Shown: piece by piece, positions 56,727-64,000 of the stretch
Position numbering within the stretch: position 1 is the first letter of the stretch
How the letters are laid out: the number at the start of each line of letters is the position of its first letter
Assembly: GCA_963737265.1 (NCBI GenBank)
Contig: CAVTRY010000010.1
Coordinates: forward strand, 1-64,000
Direction: 5' to 3'
DNA length: 64,000 nucleotides
Origin: an uncultured delta proteobacterium
GTDB taxonomy: Bacteria > Myxococcota_A > Polyangia > Fen-1088
Notes under the pieces: model-generated
Database searches by the model: none
Told to the model about the DNA's origin: nothing
What the model saw: the letters and a program-made list of their open reading frames with translations, nothing else
Translations under genes and position numbers: made by a program

Positions 56727-57509
56727 ATGGTTCCGCGGATGCGACTCCTTGTGTTCCTAAGATCTGCAGTGGTCGCGACGGTCATGTGCGGGATGACCCT
56801 CGCGTCAGCATCGACGTCGCCACAACCGTCCAATGCTTCCTCCGTGCGCTCGATGTTGCGGGCGAGGTATCGGTACGAGCGGACGCTCCGGGACAACCTC
56901 GCCAACGCACGCGCCTCCACTAGCGCGTGGGTTAGCGATGTCGCCCGTGAATGTTCCGGAGCACTTGCTCACGCGCCAGAGGGCACCCAGCTAACGGAAA
57001 TCCGCCGGGAGGTCAACCTGGCGCCGCTGGCGGTCTTGGATGCGCCCGATCGGGCCGCCGCCCGTCAGATGGCCCGCGCGATCAAGCGTCTCCGCTGGAG
57101 CGACCGGGCACTCGCCAGAGCGGTGCGCGCTTGGCTGACCGCGGTTAGGGCCGGATATACGCTGCCGGTCCCGAATCTGTGCAGCGACCTCAAGGCGTGG
57201 GTGGGCAGTGACTATCACACGCTCTCGCCCGGGACAGTCGGCTTCACCCGCGCGTTACGGAAACTGTTGTTCTTCGAAGGCGGAAGCGGCGAACCGGGCC
57301 TCGAACAGCGACTCCATAGGTACGAGGATCGACTGACCGCGCGTTTCGCACATCGCCTCAGGTCTTTTTCGGAAAGGGTCGGTCTGAAGTACCTGAAGAG
57401 CTGGCAGGCTGCGGCTGAAGCGCTCAGTAACGACCTGACGCTTCCCGAGGAAGCTCCGGCGGCCGGCAACATCCACACCACCGTTCCGACACACGGGGCC
57501 GTAGCATGA
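56727..57509 (+). CDS. Secreted helical hypothetical protein
   Basis: Signal peptide MVPRMRLLVFLRSAVVATVMCGMTLASA within ORF 56043, and a Cys pair (ARECSG, PNLCSD). Confidence 0.7.
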   Translation: MVPRMRLLVFLRSAVVATVMCGMTLASASTSPQPSNASSVRSMLRARYRYERTLRDNLANARASTSAWVSDVARECSGALAHAPEGTQLTEIRREVNLAPLAVLDAPDRAAARQMARAIKRLRWSDRALARAVRAWLTAVRAGYTLPVPNLCSDLKAWVGSDYHTLSPGTVGFTRALRKLLFFEGGSGEPGLEQRLHRYEDRLTARFAHRLRSFSERVGLKYLKSWQAAAEALSNDLTLPEEAPAAGNIHTTVPTHGAVA

Positions 57510-57698
57510 TCCGAGCCGGCCGGCGGCCCCCCACCCACCCCCGTCGGTCGGCACCTTCAGCCCTGGCGGCGGAGTAGCGACCACTCAACGCGCCTCGCGC
57601 GGACAGGCGCCCCGGGCTAACAGGAGCGCCAGCCCGAGGCAGGATTGGCGCGGGCTTCAGTTGCTCGCAGACTCTAGGCCGAGCCGTGCCCGCTGAGG

Positions 57699-60500
57699 TT
57701 ACGGCTCGATACCAAGCCCGGGCGCTCTCGTGCGCGCGCTGTGCGCCGAGCAGGAGGCGGCCGTCGCGCACGGGCGGCGTCCGGCGAATCCGGTCTGGCG
57801 ACTCGGGTGCGAGCGAGGAGCCACGCGTGACAGAGCCCGCCGTCGGGTCCTCGATGGCGAGGCGCCGCTGCGCGAGCGCTCTGAGCTCGCGCGCCGCCGC
57901 CATGACGCCAAGATCGGCGCGGTCGCGAAGGAGCGCTCGCTCCAACACCTCGCGAGCGCTCTCATCGTCCTCGCGCACGACATACGCGGTGTTGCGTGCG
58001 CGCCCGCGCGTCATGCCCACGTACACCGAGCGAAAGCCGGCGAGCTCGTCGACGAGCGTGCCGCCGCGCATGACCGTGTGCCCCTGGACGCCGTGCACGG
58101 TCTGGAAGTAGCAGAGCTCGACGTGCTCGCGCGCGTAGGTGCCAGCCACGGTGACGCAGCGTCCTGCACGCCCGCGCTGCAGCGTCAGCGCCCCGTCGTC
58201 GTGGACGGCGCGCACGGACCAGACCTCGCGGTTTCGCACCTGACCGCCGCGCACCAGCGCGGGACGCCGCTCGTTATCGCGCGTGGCCACCAGATCGCCC
58301 GCGTAGATCGACTGGCCACTTGAGGTCTCGAGCCTGCGTCCGCACTCGAGCGCTCCAGCCTCGATCAGGCGCTCCTGCGCGCGCTGGCAGAGGTGCGCCG
58401 CCTGCTCGCGCGTGGGCACGCAGAAGGCGTAGCGCCGGCCGGAGCGATGCGCCTCGTGCCAGTCGGCGAGCATGCGCTCGTGGACCTGATCGAGCGCCCC
58501 GGAGAAGACCCGACCGTGCGCCAGGTAGGGCTCGAGCGCCTCTGCCCGTCCGAGGCGAAGCTCGCGCGAGGCCTCGCGCTCCCACGGCGCGTTGAAGCGG
58601 TAGACGCGCGCGAGCTCGAAGCTCTCCAGGCGCTCGCGCGCGGCGGCGAACATCCCGCCGCGACCGACGGCGCAGAGCTGGCGATGGTCGCCGACGAACA
58701 CGATGCGAAGCCGGTCTGCCTCCGCGACCGCAATGAGTGCGCGCCAGTCCGGGGTGGCGAGCGTCCCGGCCTCGTCGACGATCAGTGTCGAACCGGCCGG
58801 AAGCTGAAGCTCCTCGCGAAGCCGGTTTGGCGTTGCTCGCTCGGTCAGGTAGCGCCGCACGTTCTCCGCGGGAAGCCCGGTGCTCTCCGAGACGGCCGCC
58901 GCCGCGCGTGCCCAGGGAGTGAGCACGAGCGTCCTGCAGTGCTGGTGTTCGAGCACGCGCGCCGCGAGCTTCAGTGTCGTCGTCTTGCCGCGTCCCCGCT
59001 GGGCCGACCACCACACACGCTCGGTGCGAGCCCGCGATCAGCGCCGCCGCGCGCACCTGCTCCTCGGTTGGGAGAGGCGCGTTCTCGTCGTCGGCCATCA
59101 GCTCGGCGGCGGCGTGCGCCACTCGCTCGCAGCTGGCAGGTTCACCGCCCTGTGCGCGCCGCCGCGGCCAGCCAGCGCTGAAGCGCGCGCTCTTCCTCGA
59201 GCAGTGCCGGCGTCGAGTAGCGCTCGAGCGCCGGTTCGCGCGCGAGCGCGGCCGCGCGTCGCGGGCCGTCCTCACCGAGTGTCGCGAGGTCGATGCAGTG
59301 GCGCGCGATCGCCTCGCCGGCGAGCGCTTCGATCGCGCGCGCCTGGGAGGCGGCGCTGCGGCCGCCTCCATCGCCGATCCGCATGGCCACCTGGCGCTCG
59401 ACGTGCTCGCGCGAGAAGACGGAGCGCTCCTCGCTCAGCGCCGCGATCGCCTCGGCGGCGATCTGGGCGGCGCTCGCGTGGGGCGGGCGAACCAAGGGGT
59501 TCGGGTAGATGGCGTCGTGCAAGAGCTGCGGAGCGTCGTAGCCGGCCTCGTGCGCCGCCCCCAGCCAGCCGGCCCGCAGCGCCTCGAGCGTCTTGGCGCC
59601 GCGCTTACGCTCGCGCGAAGCGAGCGCCGCCTGGTCGCGCAGGCGGCACTGCTCCTTGAGCGTCGGGTTGCGGTCGGGATGACGCTCGCGCCAGCGCGAG
59701 AGCTCCCGTTCGTAGCGGCGCTCGATCTGCTCCTTGCGCTTGGAGAAGAGCGCGACGAGCGAGTCAAGGCCCTCGATCTCCGCCTGGCCCTTCGCCACCG
59801 CCCCGAAGCGAAGATGAGGGAAGCGTCTGCGAAGCTCGGAGCGAAGCGCCGACTGATAGATGGCGCCGAAGGCGAGGACGCCGCGCATCATCGTGGTGGC
59901 GTCAAGCGAGCGCCAGCGACCATCTGATCCCTGCACGCGCGCCATCACGAGCGCATGCGTGTGCAGCTGCGGGTCGAGTGCGCGCGAGGTGCGGTGACGG
60001 ACGGCGAGCACCGCGAGGCCGCCGATATCGAGACGATGGACTCCGCCGCGCCCGGCGCGAGTGGTGGTGCGCTCCTCGATCAATGCGAGCGTCGCCGCAA
60101 CTGCGCTTTCGTGTGCGTCGAGGACGGCGCGTTCGGTTGCCTCTCCGCACAACGAGGCGAGCAGCGAGACGGTCTTCGGCGCCGAGAAGGTGAGGTCGTA
60201 GGCGCGGATCGTGTTCCGGCGCGGCCGCTGCCCCAGCTGGTCGCCGGTTTCCGGATGCTGTCCGGCGAAGATCGCCTGCAGCTGGTCACGCGTGCCGAGA
60301 CCCTCGACGCCGAGCGCTTTCGTGCCCTGGCCCCACCAGCGCCCGCCTTCGTCCTCGGAGGCGAGGTAGTAGTCCTCGACGTGGCCCGTGCCGCGCTGCT
60401 TCTTCTGCTCGCAGTCGCCGTCGTCCTGCGCTTGGCGCACGAGGCTCGCGTAGTAGTTGACGGCGTCCCTGCCGCCCTTGATCGGCGTGACTTTGAGCAT
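57699..60500 (-). CDS. MOBF (TrwC-like) relaxase-helicase; frameshifts ~59000-59145 and near 3' end
   Basis: VNYY, EDYY, GRWWG, YDLTFSAPKTVS, HRTSRALDPQLHTH. Helicase motifs G.GKTT, IVDEAG, VGDHRQL, QG.T, YVGMTRGR. Probable end ...RAPGLGIEP*. Confidence 0.93.
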
Positions 60501-60558
60501 CCTTGCCTGGGCTTGAAATCGAAGTGGGCGCCGACCATAAGCCGTGCCTGGGACGTGC

Positions 60559-60584
60559 GAGCACCGCAGGGTGCATAGGTGTGC
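60559..60584 (+). other. Putative oriT/nic site
   Basis: GCACC-GCAG-GGTGC hairpin followed by ATAGGTGTG, ~60 bp upstream of the relaxase start. Confidence 0.7.
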
Positions 60585-61328
60585 CCGGCGGGGAGGGCGG
60601 CTGCGGAGGCGGTGACGGACGAGGCTGAGGGCTGACGGTGAGCGGCGGTGCTGGTGGCGTGGCTGGAGGGCTGTGGCGGCGTGGCGCGGGGAATGAGCGG
60701 GCTCGTGTGTGGCGGCGGGACGGGGCGAAGAGAATGGTGGCGCGAGTGGCAGCGGAGAGAGCGGGGCTCGATGCCGTGCGCGCAGCTAGTGGTGGCAGCG
60801 AGCTGGGAGCGGGCAACGTGACGACTGGGAGTGCGTCGGCTGCCACCGAGCCTCGGGCAGCGCGCGTTGACAAACCCGTTTCAAGCGAACACCTCCAGAC
60901 ATCTCGCGGCTGCGCCGATACCCGAGGGTGATGCAGCTGCTTCCGTGGTGACACGCGACAGCACCCCGAGCGGTGCGGCTAGGTGGCCGCTACGATGGGC
61001 CGCGTTCAGCGATTCTGTTCGTGCCGTTCGCGGGCGTACTCATAATCCTGTCGGACGCTCGGCGTTGGCTGATCTGCCGATTCTCGTCCTGACCGCGCGG
61101 GGTCGGCATCCCGGCATCGACCTTCCGGCGGCGCTTGGCTCGCCAAGCTCCGCGCTCGCTCGGCGCGCGCACACCAGCGCTGGCGATGAGCAGTTAGCGC
61201 ATGCGCGATCGCGCTCCTGTCCTAGCGGCGCAACGCCCGCTGAGAGGGACTGGCTCCGCTAGGACGTTGACGTGGCCGACTGAGCGCACGCCCGGGGCAT
61301 GCGGAGGTAGACGAGTGAGACTGCACGG

Positions 61329-62202
61329 CTACGCCTCCACGCTCACGGGGTCGACTCCGAGCGCCCGCGCGATCAGCGCGAGTGTCTCTGTGCGGATCCA
61401 CGGCGTCGTGCGCCCCGTCGAGGTGTCGGGCATGATCCCGAGGCGGCGCTTCAGCCACGAGGTGTCGCCGCATTGATGACCGCCGTGAACGGCGTGGGTG
61501 TGTCCGCAGCGAAGAGCGAGCTGCGACCACGAGACCTCTCCACGCGCGACGGCGCGCTGGGCCGCTTCGCGCAGGCAGCGGCTGAGGACAAAGGCGCCGC
61601 GGTCGAGGCTTCGAAGCTCGGCGGCAAGCGTCGAGACCTGGACGTTCGTGGCACGGCCCCTGTGGTACGCGAGCGCTGCGATCGTCATCGAGCGCGCCGG
61701 CTCGTAGGCATCGAGTGCGCCGATCACGCTGCGCAGCGACACCAGCCGTCCAGCGACCGCGATCGTCCTCTGCGCTCCAGCGAAGCGAACGCTGCGCTGC
61801 GTCCAGCTCGCCCGCGTCGAGGCGGTAGCGCGCGCCGTCGGGTGCGCTCAGCACGTCGGCGAACGCCAGCGCCTCGAGCTCGGCCTGCTGCGGGCGAAGG
61901 TCTGAGAGGCGAAGCGCCCGGCAGCACCCGCGTGAGGGGTCGGCCAGGTAGAGCTCGGCGATCAGTGCCGCGTTGTCGATGCTCGGATCGAGCACGGGCT
62001 CATCGGCGAGGATGTGGTCGACGAGGCGGACGTCGGAAACGGCGCCCTCGCTCTGATCCACCACGAGCGTGTTGCCTTCCACGCCGTCGATGGCGAGGAT
62101 CGTTCGCTGTGCGCCTTCTGCGTCCTGATAGCAGCCGAGGACCCGTCCGCTCTCGAGCGGGCTGGGTGTCTCGGGCACTGCGGTATCGGTGAGAGTCGGC
62201 AT
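61329..62202 (-). CDS. Hypothetical protein; frameshift ~61745
   Basis: AAAGGAG RBS and start MPTLTD. C-terminus SWSQLALRCG...DTSWLKRRLG...LIARALG is HTH-like. Confidence 0.65.
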
Positions 62203-62204
62203 CG

Positions 62205-62758
62205 TCTGCTCCTTTGCTCTGGGCCCTGCCGCGGGCCGTGATGCCGCGCTCCACGCACGCGTCGCGTGCGAAGCTGAAGCGGCGACGGACCGCGGGTGGC
62301 CCAGAGCGCAGATGAGCTCCGAGAACGACCGCCCTCCCAAGGGCAACTCCTGACGCATGCGCACATCACGTGGCTCGCCCTCGGCGCGATCGAGCACCTC
62401 GAGGCGCTGCCCGACGCGGCGCGAGACGACCACGCGCGCGGAGCGCCCGTCGTCGTAGCGGAGCAGCGTGCGCCAGGGACTAGATGCCGAGACGGTCTGC
62501 ACCATGCACCCGGGCGCAGCGACGGTGAGCGACCATCCGCTCGCGCGACCAACCAGGTTCTGACTCGATCGCCTGCCTGACCGCGAGCTGGAGCCTCAGC
62601 GCTCGACGCAGGTGCGAGGGACTTACCGTCGCGGCGCCGTCCTCGCGCGCGAACAGTTCGGCGTCGCGCCAGAGGCCGTGGCTGTTGGGCGGGCGGAGCG
62701 GCAGCACCGCCGCCTCGAGCGCGTGGCGGTGAGCGGGATCATTCGTGCGGGTGTGCAC
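62205..62758 (-). CDS. Hypothetical protein; frameshifted
   Basis: AAAGGAGG RBS before GTG 62758; continues into the ORF 61222 frame. End is approximate. Confidence 0.45.
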
Positions 62759-62818
62759 GTCGAGCCTCCTTTGCTCGGTGTTCTTGGGGAAGCGGGCCGC
62801 CTCGGTGGAGGTGCTGGC

Positions 62819-63785
62819 TCATCGCCGCACGCCGAAGCGCTCATCGAGCCCGCGCTGCAATCTGCGAAAGTCGCCGCCGCTGGCCGGGATGCCGAAGAGC
62901 AACGAGGCGAACGTGTAGATGTCGCCGCCAAGCGGCTTGCCGTCCTGCGTCTTGCAGCCGAAGCAGCACCAACCGCGCTGCGGATCGCGGTAGGCGTGAA
63001 GCGACGGGCTCTCGTCGTCGTGGAACGGGCAGCGGACCTTGCCGGCGCGCGACACGGTGCGGCCGCTCAGAGCACGGGGATATAGACGCGGGCGCTGATC
63101 GCGAGCAGCGGATCAGCGCGCGGTCCCGGGCGCTCTGGAGCGGTGTCTGTCGTCGACGGCGTCTCGAGCGCAGGCAACCTTGCGAGCAGCGCGACAAACG
63201 GGTAGCAGCGGTCTGGCTCGAATGCGAGCAGCCGCACCGGCGTGGGCGGCGAGTGCTTGTGATTCACGGACCCTGCGGGTCTGAGAATTGCCGCCGGGCC
63301 GCATACGGCACCGGCATCTGAGCCGAGCGCCGCCGCGAGCCGTCGATTCCCTTCGCCGACCTCCTCCGGCGAGAGCGCCGCGCCGACGCTCCAATAGGCG
63401 TGGCAGTTGCAGCCCGAGCCGGAGCCGACGAGCATCGTCGGCGCGGGCACGTCAGCAAGCGCGGCCAGCGCCGCCTCGCTGTCGCAGTCGGCCCAGAGCA
63501 GCCGGCAGCTGCCCGAGCGCGTCGCGTCCACCGGCACGCCTCAGACGCGGGGCGACGCCGACGTAGACGTCGGCGCTGCTCGCTCAGCGCCAGCAGCCGT
63601 TCGATTGGGCCCGAGGCGCCCATCGCGTGGAACTCCTGCGCCATGCCGTCTCCGCCGTGGTGGCGCGAGCGGACGTCGAGCAGCGCATCGGTAGGCGCGC
63701 CCCGCGCCAGCAAGGAGAGGTAGCGCGCCAGTTCGCGCTCGCGCTCGGCCTGGTCGGCTGACGTCCACGTCGATCGCTCCGACAC
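62819..63785 (-). CDS. RepB'-type (AEP-like) DNA primase with C-terminal CHC2 zinc finger; frameshifted
   Basis: DVYVGVAPR, LWADCD, GSGSGCNCHAYW, ILRPAGSVNHK; CPFHDDESPSL...WCCFGC. Confidence 0.82.
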
Positions 63786-63790
63786 GGCGT

Positions 63791-63818
63791 GGGGCGCCGG
63801 CGCAGGAGCCGGCGCCCC
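63791..63818. other. GC-rich hairpin between ssb and primase
   Basis: GGGGCGCCGGC-GCAGGA-GCCGGCGCCCC. Confidence 0.5.
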
Positions 63819-63824
63819 TTTGCG

Positions 63825-63998
63825 CTAGGCGGCGAGCGCCTCCGCCTCAGCCGTCTCGGTGGCGCCCTCTGCCTTCGGCGAGAGGAAGGTCACCTCGTCG
63901 GCGATCACGCGGTGCGCGGAGCGCCGGGAGCCGTCGGAGGCCTGCCACTCGCGGTACTCGAGCCGTCCGTGGACACCGACCAGCTGGCCCTTGGTGAG
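63825..63998 (-). CDS. ssb: Single-stranded DNA-binding protein, 5' partial (absent from ORF track)
   Basis: LTKGQLVGVHGRLEYREWQASDGSRRSAHRVIADEVTFL. Confidence 0.9.
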   Translation of the reverse strand, partial: LTKGQLVGVHGRLEYREWQASDGSRRSAHRVIADEVTFLSPKAEGATETAEAEALAA

Positions 63999-64000
63999 CT

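Noticed and set aside
57424-57698. Relaxase C-terminal extension overlapping the convergent secreted-protein gene
   Set aside because: Low-complexity read-through, probably from an indel. An alternate frame ends plausibly at 57699.
4448-64000. Calling the many frameshifted genes pseudogenes
   Set aside because: Indels also hit housekeeping genes such as lnt and dsbD while motifs stay intact, which fits sequencing error better than decay.
31727-64000. Horizontal transfer of an actinobacterial island into an acidobacterial atp operon
   Set aside because: The join cuts atpB with no att site or target duplication, so an assembly or concatenation artefact is simpler.

Overview
The window is a mosaic of at least three unrelated pieces, joined mid-gene at ~4447 and ~31727. 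Many single-base indels suggest uncorrected long-read or low-coverage assembly. (1) 1-4447: the 3' part of a MoxR-type AAA+ gene and a lytic transglycosylase, then an unusual IS21-family element with a palindrome-rich leader, a duplicated Cys4-motif gene and a ParB-like gene ahead of a truncated istA. (2) 4448-31726: Acidobacteriaceae-like chromosomal DNA. It holds a GMC dehydrogenase/multiheme cytochrome operon, GH31, tsaC, TrmH, rarA, DsbD, prfB with its programmed +1 frameshift, a BrnT/BrnA-like TA pair, lnt, an APC permease, bactofilin, atpE and the last codons of atpB. (3) 31727-64000: very GC-rich actinobacterial DNA (Solirubrobacterales-like by protein style). It holds an IS1-like remnant, an HNH gene, and an LmbU/PadR-associated operon encoding two ABC ATPases (one degenerate), an FtsX-type permease, an orphan squalene/phytoene-synthase-like enzyme and secreted proteins. 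After that come surface proteins, a ~2,570-aa RHS/YD protein with an inserted NHL propeller, a decayed cassette region, and a MOBF relaxase with an R388-like oriT, a RepB-type primase and Ssb. The best candidates for undescribed systems are the ParB/Zn-finger IS21, the LmbU-PadR-ABC-prenyl synthase locus and the teneurin-like RHS protein. No CRISPR array, tRNA or rRNA was seen. Family and taxon assignments come from motif recognition by eye, not from database searches.
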